Shown one piece after another: positions 39,663-50,367 of a stretch of DNA of 64,000 nt. The translations under genes and the position numbers were made by a program. The notes beneath the pieces are model-generated. The model saw only the letters and a list, made by a program, of their open reading frames with translations. It had not been told where the DNA came from and did not search any database. Origin of the DNA: an uncultured bacterium (GTDB lineage Bacteria > Chloroflexota > UBA5177 > JANWHV01); assembly GCA_963827235.1 (NCBI GenBank), contig CAWHAE010000007.1, positions 1 through 64,000 on the forward strand, written 5' to 3'. Every line of letters begins with the position of its first letter. The stretch's first letter is position 1.

Positions 39663-41681
39663 CTAGCCGGCAATCGGCACCTGCGCGCCCTCGCGCAGGT
39701 ATACGGGAATGCGCGCGAGAGGCGCTTCCGCTGTCATATGTTGCCCTCCGGGGCATTCCTTGCCAGTCCAAGCCTCAGTCCACGTAGTCCCTGCGGGTAG
39801 ATAGACATCCCGGCTGCGAGCACCGGCATACAGCACTGGAGCGACCAGGATATCAGGACCGAATAGGAACTGATCGTCGACGGCCACACATGCCGCGTCG
39901 TCAGGGTAGTCGAAGAACAACGGCCGCATCGGCGGGGTTCCCAAGTGCTGGGCAAGCTTCATTTGGGCCATCACGTACGGGCGGAGTCGCTCTCGCAGGA
40001 ACAGTTGCTCTCTGATGATCGCGTAGGCCTCCTCGCCGAACGACCACACCTCATTCGGGCCACCCGTGAACATCGCTCCCATGGCGCCAGGAGCGTCGGG
40101 ATCGGCTGAGCGATGGCCGTGGAGGCGAAACAGCGGGCAGAACACGCCGTATTGGAACCAGCGGATAAGGAGCTCGCGGAACGCGGGTGAGTCTGGATCG
40201 CCGCCATGAAAACCGCCGATGTCCGTCGTCCACCAGGGGATGCCGCTGAGGCCGATGTTCAGGCCCGAGCGAACTTGCGCCCGCAGCGCTTCGAACGTGC
40301 TGCCGATGTCGCCCGACCATACGGCTGCGCCATACCGTTGGCTACCCGCCCAGGCAGATCGGCAGAGGTTCAGAATGCCAGTCTGCCCGGCCCGGCGCAT
40401 GCCCTCGAAGAAGCTTCGTGCATGCAGCATCGGGTAGGCGTTCGCGACGGCCAAGCCCGCTCCGGCGTGGAAGCGCACATTCTCCACATCCATGGGGTGC
40501 ATCTCGGGCTCGCACGCGTCGAGCCAGAAGACGCGAATCCCAAGTTCGTAGTAATGCGCGCGAACTCTATCCCATATGAACTGTCTTGCTTCGGGGTTCG
40601 TCGCGTCGTAGTAGTAGATGCCTACGGGGCCCTCCGGACGGTTGTCGCGGAAGTTCATGAGCACCGGAATGCCCCGGTCGGTGCGCAGCAGCAGGCCGGC
40701 GCGCTGCATGGGTTCGAAGTTCTCGCTCAGGGGATTGACCGAGGGCCACACCGAGACCATCAGCTTGACGCCCATGCTCTGCAGCTCGCGCACCATTCCG
40801 GCCGGGTCGGGCCAAAGGGCGGGATCGAACTGCCAGTCACCCTGCAAGGTCCAATGGAAGAAATCGGCGACGATCACCGACAATGGCAGTCCGCGCTGCA
40901 TATGTTCTCTGGCCACCGTCAACAGCTCTTCCTGGCTGTAGTAGCGAAGCTTGGACTGCCAGAAGCCGGCAGCCCAGTCAGGAAAGTCGGGCGTGTGGCC
41001 AGTTGCCTGCGCGTAGTGCTCCATGATCGCGGCAAGCGATTCGCCGGTCGTGATCCAGTAGTCGAGCTGCGGCGTCGCTTCTGCCACCCAGCGTGTCTCG
41101 CTCGCTACGAGCTCCACGCGCCCTACGGCGGGATTGTTCCAGAGGAGCCCGTACATGCGGCTCGAGAGAAGCCAGGGTATGGTCACTTCCGTGTTGCGCT
41201 GGATCAGCTCGATGGTGGCACCCTTCTGATCGAGCAATCCGTGCTGATGCTGGCCGAGGCCGAAGAAACGCTCACCCTTGTTGGCCGCGAAGCGCGCTTC
41301 GAGATGGTAGAGCTCCCCGCTCAGCGGCTTGAACGCGCGCGGCGGAATACGCGTTGCCCGCTCAGGCCGCTGTTCCCTCAGAAGATCGGTGCCGGTCACG
41401 GCATGCACGAACCGCAGGCAACCGTTGGCGTCGATTTCAGCCAGTATCACGCCGTTGCGGACTGTGGCGGAGGAGCCCGCGATGACGATCTCCGCGGTCT
41501 CCGGTTCTGGAGGGAGAAGCGCGCCAGTAAGGTCGTCTCGAATCTCGGCGTTCATAGTCGCCCGAACACGCAGACTATCCGTACCCCAGGGTTCTATTCG
41601 CACCGTCTCGTGGTTCTGCCGCCAGACCAGGCCACCGTTCTCCTGATAGCAGACCATCTTTCCTAACACTCCCACGCTCAT
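39663..41681 (-). CDS. GH31 glycosidase (alpha-xylosidase-like)
   Basis: FWQSKLRY, FWLDACEPE (nucleophile), WSGDI, WTTDIGGF, FRLHG. Confidence 0.93.
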   Translation of the reverse strand: MSVGVLGKMVCYQENGGLVWRQNHETVRIEPWGTDSLRVRATMNAEIRDDLTGALLPPEPETAEIVIAGSSATVRNGVILAEIDANGCLRFVHAVTGTDLLREQRPERATRIPPRAFKPLSGELYHLEARFAANKGERFFGLGQHQHGLLDQKGATIELIQRNTEVTIPWLLSSRMYGLLWNNPAVGRVELVASETRWVAEATPQLDYWITTGESLAAIMEHYAQATGHTPDFPDWAAGFWQSKLRYYSQEELLTVAREHMQRGLPLSVIVADFFHWTLQGDWQFDPALWPDPAGMVRELQSMGVKLMVSVWPSVNPLSENFEPMQRAGLLLRTDRGIPVLMNFRDNRPEGPVGIYYYDATNPEARQFIWDRVRAHYYELGIRVFWLDACEPEMHPMDVENVRFHAGAGLAVANAYPMLHARSFFEGMRRAGQTGILNLCRSAWAGSQRYGAAVWSGDIGSTFEALRAQVRSGLNIGLSGIPWWTTDIGGFHGGDPDSPAFRELLIRWFQYGVFCPLFRLHGHRSADPDAPGAMGAMFTGGPNEVWSFGEEAYAIIREQLFLRERLRPYVMAQMKLAQHLGTPPMRPLFFDYPDDAACVAVDDQFLFGPDILVAPVLYAGARSRDVYLPAGTTWTEAWTGKECPGGQHMTAEAPLARIPVYLREGAQVPIAG

Positions 41682-41758
41682 TTGTCAGAGAAGCCGTACG
41701 CACTCGCTGCACGCCCCACGCTGTTCATGACGGCGCGCGCCGTCTGACCTCGCCTCCC

Positions 41759-43545
41759 TCACGGTTGGCCCCCGCGCACCGGAAAGTAGACGGCGTAGCG
41801 CTGGTCGACGACGTCGTGCAGCGGAACAAAGCGCAGATTCTCTCGCTGGTTGACGGTCCGATATCCAGACTTCCATTCGGCCCACTCACGCTCATTGTGG
41901 GTGGCGAGCATAGTCGACGGATTGTCTGGGTCGCCGCACAGCACCTGTTCTCCATCGCAGAGCCCAGCCAGCACAGCCGGACCATCCATGAATGCCACCA
42001 GCGACGGGTTGTCGGGTAGCGGCTCGCAGCTAAGCTTCTGCGGGCAGGTTCACCGACACCCGATCCTCGTGCGAGACGCGCCGTATTTCGGCATAGCCGG
42101 ATGGCGTTTGGCCCGTGCTGACGCGCTCCCCGTCTACGGTGATCACTGGCTCACCGTCCACCCACCAGGGCAGCCGGACCTTGAGAGCGAAATCCGCCGG
42201 TCGCTCGCAGTGCACGGCCAGCTCTACCGCCGTCGAGCGCGGCCGGTGTGCTTCAGCCAGTTGCGGATCGGCGGTCTGCCGGATGCTCACGGCGACGCCA
42301 TCACGGCTCCACGTCAGCTCTGCCGGAACGAGTTGGCTGACGACCAGGCCGGCGTCATCCGCGAAGAAGAGGCTACGCTCGTTGACTGTATGGGCTTCGA
42401 GTAGCGTGCCGTGACAGCACCAAAAATCGGCTGTAGGCGTGCCCCAGCGCTTGTGCGCGCCTGCCTGGAGCGGCAAGAAGTAGGCGACGATGCCGTTCTG
42501 GTCGTGCTGCTGCGCGAGGATTCCGTTCCAGAGGTTGCGCTCCCAGTAGTCCGCGAAGCGAGCCTCGCCGGTCCAGCGCAGGAGCCAGTCGGCCAGGCGC
42601 ATCATATTGTAGACGACGCAGTGCTCCTGCGTCTTGTCGCCCAGGCGCGCGCCGAGCTCCTGCGGCGGTGACCAGATCTCCCCGTTCGTCTGGCCACCCG
42701 TGCAGTAGTAGCCGCGCCTCTCCACTGCACGACTCCCAATACGCCTCTACGATCCTGCGCCAGCGATCGTCGCCCGTCACCTCCCACGCCCGCGCGGCAC
42801 CGTGTGCCTCGGGCACGGTTGTGTTGGCGTGCTTGTTCGTGAGCGGGTCATCGCCCGCCAGCAATCGGTCGAACAGCCGCGGCCGGTCGTAGCGGTGCAG
42901 GAGGTCGAGGTGCTCTTGCTTTCCCGTGACCCCATAGACGTTAGCCCATACTTCCAGCATGCCACCCGTCTCGACGTCGAGGATGTCATCCATCTGTTCG
43001 CGCGAGAACCGATTCGTCCAGCGATGAAACCACTGCGCCCAGGCCTTGACGATGTCCAGGGCCTGCTCGTTCCCCGCTAGGGCATACATCTCGAAGAGTC
43101 CCATCAACGTCTTGTGGATGGTATAGTGCGGCGCCCATACCTCCTTGCCGCGCGCCACCCAGTCGAGGTACTGCGTGGGGATAGACCCTGCCCACTCGCC
43201 ACCATTCTCGTGCTGGCAGCGAGCCAGCTCGGCCACGATGTGATCGGCCTTACCCTTGAGCTCGCTGTCGCCGGTGGCAGCGTACCGTTTGGCCGCCGCG
43301 GAGAGCCAGTGCCCGAGGAAGTGCCCGCGCAGCTGGCAGGTCGGCGACTCCCAGCCCCAGTGACAGTCCCGAGGGTGAGTGCGGGGGCTCCATAGGCCGG
43401 CCTCCAGGTAGTAGTTCTGCAACAGGTTTTCAGTCTTCAGGTCGATCATGTAGGCGCGACCAAGATCGTCTCTTCGCTGGAGCTCACCTGGCAAGAGCCG
43501 TACGCTGCCCCACGCCATGGGACGAAAGGTATCCTGCCTCATCAC
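41759..43545 (-). pseudogene. Beta-L-arabinofuranosidase GH127/GH146 (DUF1680), two frameshifts as read
   Basis: GWE..CQLRGHFLGHWLSA, ETGGM, HANT, EHCVVYNM, FWCCHGT; breaks near 42720 and 42040. Confidence 0.88.
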
Positions 43546-43561
43546 AAACTCCTCTTACAGC

Positions 43562-44457
43562 TCAACCTTTGAGCGAGCCTGCGGTCAAACCCTGCACAAT
43601 GAGTCGCTGGAAGATCAGCACGAGCGCCACAATGGGCAGCGATGTCACCTCCGATGCAGCGGTCAATTCGCCCCACGGCACGGTGTGGACACCGCCAAAG
43701 AAGTAGATGGCCACGGGCACGGTGAACATGCTGGACTGGTCCATGAAGGTGTAGGCGAACAGGAACTCGTTCCAGGCGCCGATGAAGGTCAGCAACCCGG
43801 CGGTGACGAGCGCCGGCGCCGAGAGCGGCAGGATGATCCGCACGAGCGACTGTACCGGCGTGAACCGTCCACCTCGGCCTGCTCGGACAGCTCGGCCGGG
43901 ATATCGCGGAAGAAGTTGGTCAGCACCCAGATGGCGAAAGGCAGGGAGAAGGTGACGTAGGGCACGAAGTAGCCCAGATAGGTGTTGGTGAGGCCGAGGT
44001 CGCGTTCGAAGACAAACAGGGAGCTGACCAGCGCGATAGCTGGGAACGTCACCATCACGATCACCAGCACCAGGATGGTGCGTTTGGCTGGCAGCGGCAG
44101 TCGCGCGAGCGCGTAGGCAGCAAGCGTGCCCAGGAGCATGGCGATGGCCGTGGAGACGGTGGCCACGATCACGCTGTTCATGATCGCCTGCCCGTAGGCG
44201 TAGGGTTGCTGGAAGATGTTGTAGTAGTGGCTGAAATCGAGGTGGCTCGGCGCCCACATAATGGGGAGATGGTCAATCTCGAGATCCGACTTCAGCGAGG
44301 TCACCGTCTGCCAGTAGAGCGGGAACAGGTAGAAAACCAGAAGCAGCACACTGAGCACCCAGAGCAGTGTGCCCTCCAACACCTTGCGCACTCGAATGCG
44401 CGAGTGGGCTGAACCGAAGCCCGAGCTGTCCACTGTTCGTCCGGCCAGCACCGCCAT
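43562..44457 (-). pseudogene. Carbohydrate ABC permease, frameshift near 43860
   Basis: AAYALARL, IPAELSEQAEVDG continues in another frame as IILPLSAP...AWNEFLFA...QGLTAGSLKG. Confidence 0.85.
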
Positions 44458-44471
44458 TTCCCCGCCTCCCT

Positions 44472-45444
44472 CTAGACTTCTTCCAAGGTCAGCTGGCGCG
44501 CCATCACCGCAGCCAGGACGATGCAGATCACGGCAAGGACCAAAGACATCGCGCTGCCCAGGCCGAAGTTGATGTAGGAGAATAGCTCGCGATAGGCGTG
44601 CAGCGAGAGGACTTCCGTGTCGGTGCCAGGGCCGCCCGAGGTCAACACGTAGGGAAGGTCAAACGTTTGGAAGGCGGCGACGGTGCGGAAGAGCAGGGCG
44701 ATGACGATGCTTCCCCGCAGCAGTGGCAACGTGATCTGCAGGAAGCGCTGGACGGCATTCGCCCCATCGACGCGCGCCGACTCGTAGAGATCATCGGGAA
44801 TGCTCTGCAAGCCCGCCAGGAGGAGCAGGGCCACGAACGGCGTGTTCTTCCAGACGTCGGCGAAGATAACCGCCGGCATCGCCCACGTGTTGCTGCTCAG
44901 GATATCGAAGCGGGGAGCTTACCACATGCAGATCCTGGAGCACAGCCGAGATCGGACCGTAGTCCGCGTTGTACATGAACTGAAACAAGCGCGCCGTGAG
45001 GACCACGGGGATGGCCCAGGGCACCAGCATCGCCGCGCGCATCAGGCCGCGCCCGCGGAACTGCCGGTTGACGACGAGCGCCGTGATCATGCCGAGCAAG
45101 AGCTCCGACACGACCGCACCCACGGTGAAGTAGGCGGACATCTCCAGCGAGTTCCAGAAGTCCTGCTCCTGACCCAAGAGGTGGTAGTTCCTGAGGCCGG
45201 TGAACGGCTGCCCGAGCCACGGCATGTCGAGGCGGTCCGTGGTCATGCTGGTGTAGACCGTGCGCCCGGCCGGGTAGGCCACAACGAAGATCAGCACGGC
45301 CACGGACGGCAGGAACAGCAGCCAGCCGAGCTGGCGGCGGCTGAGTCCGTACGTGCGGGTGTGTTTCCACCACCCGAGACGGGTGCTACGCACCCCAGGG
45401 TGTGCGTCCGGCAGACCGGCCGCCGGTTCTTGGATGTCGGCCAC
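44472..45444 (-). pseudogene. Carbohydrate ABC permease, frameshift near 44900
   Basis: FRGRGLMRAAMLVPWAIP then DVWKNTPF, LAGLQSIPDDLYESARVDGA. Confidence 0.85.
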
Positions 45445-45467
45445 GCGCTCCTCCTCAGGCCACACCG

Positions 45468-45489
45468 ATCCCCGCCCTCGGGCGGGGAT
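45468..45489. promoter_or_regulatory. Perfect 10-bp inverted repeat between binding-protein and permease genes
   Basis: ATCCCCGCCC-TC-GGGCGGGGAT; a partial second copy at about 45507. Confidence 0.55.
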
Positions 45490-45559
45490 GCCGGCTGCCT
45501 GCCACCATCCCCGCCCTCAGGCCGCGAGCTGACTGCCGCGAGCGGCCAGCGTCACCCAC

Positions 45560-46875
45560 TCACGCGCCGGCCAGGATGGACTCGATCTTGCCCTGGGCAT
45601 CCTTGAGTGCTTGCTCGGGCGTCTTCTTGCCAGTCATGCCGTTGACCAGCTCGGACTCGGCGATCGTGGACATCTCCGTCCAGAACGGCGTCTTGGGCCG
45701 CGACTTCTCGATCCTGGCCTGCTTGATCAGGAGCGGGTACGAGGGGTACTTGCTGATGATCGCGGGGTCGGTGTTGGCGGCGATGTACGCGGGATTCCAG
45801 GAGGTGTGGAGCGTCTTGAAGACCTCCATTTTCTCGGTGCCCAGGAACAGGGCCAGGTCCGTAACCTCCTTGACGTGGTTGCTGAAGGGGTTGATCACGT
45901 ACTGCCAGCCGCCGGTACAGCTATAGGAGCTGCCGCCGGCGAAGTGCGGCGGGTCTGTCACGCCGATCTTGCCGGTCAGCTTGGGATTCGCCTCCGCCTG
46001 GATGTAGGCGTAGTTCCAGTTGCGGTGGTAAATGGCGTTGCCGGTGATGAAGAGCGACAGTGAGATGCTGAGGTCCGCGCTGATGACGCTCGGGAACACC
46101 AGCTTGTCCTTGATGTAGCTGGTCATCATCTCCAAGGACTTGAGGTTTGCCGGGCTGTCGAAGATGACAGCACCCGTCTTGGGGTCGAGGAAATCGCCGC
46201 CCGCGCTCCAGGAGTACTCCATGAAGTTGCAGATGAGCTGCTGGCCGGGATTGTAGCACGGCGCGAACGGCGTCATCTTGGGGTACTTCTTCGCGAGCAT
46301 GACGCCTGGTCGTGCAGCTCCTCGAGGTTTGGGCCGGCTTGAGCCCGTTCGCGTCCAGGATGTCCTTGCGGTAGAACAGGTGCCCGCAGTCGAACATCCA
46401 CGGCATGGCGTAGATATGACCGTTGACGGTGTCGGCCTGGATATTGCCCGGGGTGTAGTTCTTCCACTGCGAGGGCGGGAAGACGCTGTCGAGCGGCAGC
46501 GCCCAGCCGGCGGGCGCCCACTGCGCTTGCCAGATGACGTCCGAGTCGAAGATGTCGATGCTCCCGTCGTGGGCGGAGAGCACGGTGACGAGCTTGTCAT
46601 GGTACGCGTTCGCCGACGCGGAGGGCGCCGGAGTGTACTTGATCGTGACGTTGGGATGAGACGCGGTGTACTGGGCCAGGGTTTCTCTGGCCGTGGGCGA
46701 ACGGAGCAGGGTTGTTACCCAAGCCCATGTAGTTGAGCGTGATACCGCCAGCCGCCTCACTCTTGTTCGCGGTCAGGTCAAGGCCCGCGCTTGCCAGCGC
46801 CAGTCCCGCACCTATCTTCGCACCCGTGCCAAGGAAATCACGCCGCGACATTCCGCGGGTTTGATGCCTCTTCAT
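45560..46875 (-). pseudogene. Tat-exported sugar-binding protein, frameshifted as read
   Basis: MSRRDFL twin-Arg signal, DIFDSDVIW, LFYRKDIL, RNWNY, GGWQYVIN; breaks near 46700 and 46320. Confidence 0.85.
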
Positions 46876-47113
46876 CGTGTTGTTCTCCAGCCTTCAGCGC
46901 GTCGAACGTCCGAATGTTCCACCGATTCAACCAGAGATGCACATCGCGTACCACCGTGTCTTCGCTTGCTCTACCAGCCTGAGATGCAGCTCGGTGCACC
47001 TCCACGCCATCTTCCCTAGGCACTCTCTGCGATCACCTCCTCTCGGTCGCTTTGCGCTAGGCACGGCAGGAGCGCACCCATCCTGGTCCGCGACCCCAAC
47101 TCGCTCCTATGTC

Positions 47114-47158
47114 CTATAACGTTGGAGCTACTCTAGCACTGCCCTCCTGCCTTGTCAA
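47114..47158 (-). promoter_or_regulatory. Sigma70 promoter of the ABC-GH operon with overlapping LacI-type operator
   Basis: TTGACA (47158-47153), N17, TAGAGT (47135-47130); CTATAACGTTGGAG at 47114-47127; related CTACAACGTT at 47412. Confidence 0.7.
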
Positions 47159-47522
47159 GGAAGCGTCCTCGGTTCGCAGGGTCTGAAAATGGTCAGGCAA
47201 AATGCGGGCTTGGGCGTAAGGCTTCCAGGCGCCCCTGTCACAAGTGCGGGGCCTGCCCAGAGGCAATCCGACCTTCGCCAATGACCAACCTACTGGCAGC
47301 AACAGCCCTATTTGTAAGAATTTTCAGACCGTGCCTCGGTCCGTCATCAGAGGAAGTGAGACGTGATGCGGCGCCATAGCTTGAAGCATTTTCCAATTGG
47401 CGGTATTATGCCTACAACGTTTTCGTTCTCCACCGGACGTGCTCGCGTGTGGGTAAGGCGAGCGTGGAGCTATACTGGCAGGTAGTGCGGCGCGCGGATG
47501 CTTGGGAAGGGATCGCTCCGAC

Positions 47523-48560
47523 ATGTCAAGGAATGGGCGGGCCGACAACGGTGTAACGCTCAAGGACGTCGCGGCGCACGCCGGCGTGTCCTTTTCGACT
47601 GTCTCGCACGTCATCAACAATCGTTTCTCGGACGTAGGGCCGAAGACGCGCGAGCGCGTCCATGCCTCGATCCGTGCACTCAATTACCGACCGAACATCG
47701 CAGCACGACGCCTGCGCAAGGCCCGGACCGGCGTACTCGCTCTCACCATTCCGGAAGTCGCCAATCCGTACTTCTCCACGATGATCGGATCGATGTCAGC
47801 GCAGCCAAGGCACAGGGCCGGAGCATGTTGGTCGATATTACGGGCGGCGAACGCGCGGAAGAGCTCGTGGTGGTCCGAGGCATGAGCCCGCACCTGATCG
47901 ACGGTGTGATTCTGTATTCGATTGGGTTGACCGCGGCGGACTGGAGCCCGAGCGCGTGGCCGTGCCGCTCGTGCTCTTCTCGGAGAGGCTGGATCCGGTC
48001 TATTGCGACGTGGTGGAGCTCGACCACGTGGGAGCCGCCCGTTTGGCCACCGAACACCTGCTCCGCATCGGTCGGCGGCGCATCGGATTCGTCGGGGCCT
48101 CAGACATCCGCGCGTCGTGAGCGCAGGCAGGCGTCTCCAGGGCTATCGGGCCGCCCTGGAGGCGGCTGGGCTGGCGGCGGATCCACGTCTCGTGGCGCGG
48201 TCGCCCACCGCATCGTTTTCACGCATGGACGGCATTGCCTGCATGCAAAGGTTGCTCGCCGTGACGCCCCTTCCGGACGCGGTGGTCTGCTACAGCGACA
48301 TCGTGGCACTGGGGGCAATGAAGGCCATTCGCGACGCCGGGCATAGGATCCCTGACGAGATTGCCGTGGTGGGTTTCGACGATATCGAGGAAGGTCGCTT
48401 CTCCACGCCGGCCCTCACGACGGTCGCGCCGGACAAGGCGGAGTTTGGCAGGCTCCTGGTGAGCCTCCTGATCGCACGCATCGATGGCTCCCGTACGGGC
48501 GCCGGAGAACGCTTCGAACCGCCATTCCAGCTCGTCGTGCGGCGTAGCACGGCCGGCTAG
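47523..48560 (+). pseudogene. LacI family regulator, several frameshifts as read
   Basis: TLKDVAAHAGVSFSTVSHVIN, LNYRPNIAARRL, IPDEIAVVGFDDI, PALTTV. Confidence 0.88.
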
Positions 48561-48779
48561 GGACGTAGACCAGATTTGGTAGACGGGACATTTCAACCTC
48601 TGGTCGTACAGGACACTACTCTGCATGGATTCTCGTCGAGACTCTGCGCACCGTGACGCGCTGGACGCCATCCATCGCAGCGTTGAACCGACCTCGAGCG
48701 CGAGACTTGCTACTACTGTGACACGTAGCTCTGCACCCGCTGGGGCCGTGTCACCAAAGGGAGGCGTGGTGTCCGCTGT

Positions 48780-49490
48780 CTCCAGAGGCAGCCATGAAGC
48801 CGAAACCGGAAGTGTCGCTGCAGTAGTATGCCCGCTGCCGACATCCAAGAGAGTCCCGGGCTGGAGGCCACGCAAGATGCCCAGGGCGCGCAGCGCAAGC
48901 GCCTGCTCCAGCGTATTGCGGGCCTCGTGGGCAACCGTGGGGCTCGGGTCGTCATGAGGGTCTGGACTGCCTGTCAGTCTACCGGTGGCAACTCCGCAAC
49001 TGCAGCCAGCGCCGCAGTGCGAAGGCTCGCATCCGGATCGCCCAAGAAGATGCGGACCGCGTTGCCGCTGTCGGCCAGCCTGAACTTCGCTACCACATCA
49101 GCAGCCGTGGCGCATGCGAGTGCGCTGCTGTCGCCCAAGCATGCATGGATTACCTGGGCGGTGTCGGCACTCAGCCGCGCTAGCCGCACCATGGAATCGA
49201 GGGAACTGGCTCGCCTGCCGGCACTGGCTGCCTGATCTTGCAACTCTGTGCACAACTCCTCCTCGACGCCCGGCTCGTATGGTCCGAACAGGTGCATGTC
49301 GTAGCCAGCAAGATACACATCAAGCCACCGCTCACACCAGCCCAGAAAGTCGACGCCGTCGACGGAGTAGAGCGGGCGCCCATCGTCCGCGTATAGCACA
49401 TGGCCCCGCGCCGCCCCGCTGACCACCAACACCGCGTAGACAGTGCAGCCCTGATGGCAAACCGCCAGCGTCCTGTGCAGCAGTCTGTCC
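48780..49490 (-). pseudogene. SMI1/KNR4-like domain plus HEAT-repeat protein remnant
   Basis: TLAVCHQGCTVYAVLVVSGAARGHV...DFLGWCERWLD, then HEAT-like LGDSSALAC..AA and LGDPDASLRTAAL; stop at 48974, no start. Confidence 0.6.
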
Positions 49491-49498
49491 CGGGAGGC

Positions 49499-49701
49499 CT
49501 AACGCGGCTGCCAACTGGCGCCGCCGTCACTGCTGGCCTGGATGGTACTGCCGCCTTCCTGCACGACGACCAGGCAGGTGCGGCTGGAGTGACAGGCGAT
49601 GCCATTGACGTAGGTCCAGGTGCCCGAGCCGTGCGCCTGCCAGGTGGCGCCGCTGGTCCGCACGGTGCCGTCGTCGCCAACCGCCAGGCAGGTGCTGGTG
49701 T
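49499..49701 (-). pseudogene. BNR/YCF48-like beta-propeller 3' fragment
   Basis: TSTCLAVGDDGTVRTSGATW...IACHSSRTCLVV...SSDGGASWQPR* (Asp-box SxDGGxxW). Confidence 0.6.
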
Positions 49702-49705
49702 GCTG

Positions 49706-49933
49706 TTGACACCGCGCTCCAGCTCACTGAGACCACGCACGCTCAGTCTGGCTCGCTCAGCCAATACCTCTGTAGTGCCGCTGGGAGTGACCCTGAAGCA
49801 ACCGTGTGCAGGCGCAATTATGTGGGTCAGAAGTGTGGGTGCTGCCTGGTGCGTGCCTCCACGAAGCGCTATCGTAGGAGCGATGGGACCCAGGAGTGGC
49901 CATGCCCGCGAGGAGAAGCAGGTCATGAGACGG
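49706..49933. repeat. Degenerate copy of the XRE-HTH 5' region and upstream segment at 63064-63440
   Basis: Minus strand EVLAERARLSVRGLSELERGVN; 27-bp identity 49822-49848 = 63327-63353. Confidence 0.85.
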
Positions 49934-50367
49934 GTGCACACATGGCGGAGTGTGCCGGTCCTCTTGTCAGTGCTGGCCCTGGCGGGCGTGAGCGCCCTCA
50001 GAGTCTCCGTACGGCAGGGGTGCCCGACCGCCGGCGCGAGCACGCTCAGACAAAGCCACGCGTTTTGTTCCGGCCGCCGCACAGGCAGGGACGGCGGCAC
50101 TCTCGCGGCTGGAGGAGACGGCGGGCGCAGCTGACAATGCTTACGGCAACCGCACGCGCGCAGGATGTGACCGCTGGAAGCGATGGCCCAAATCACATCG
50201 ACCTGCATATGGCCGATTGCCGGAACCGGCTAGGGAAAAAGGTCGTGCTGGTAAGGAGAGTGGAGCGGCGCCAGTACGCCTAGTGGCCGGCCAGCTGCAG
50301 TGCATCGCGGATTCATAGGAATCGGCACAACGCTCAGGCGAAGGGGTAGCAGGGTAGGGGGAAGACT

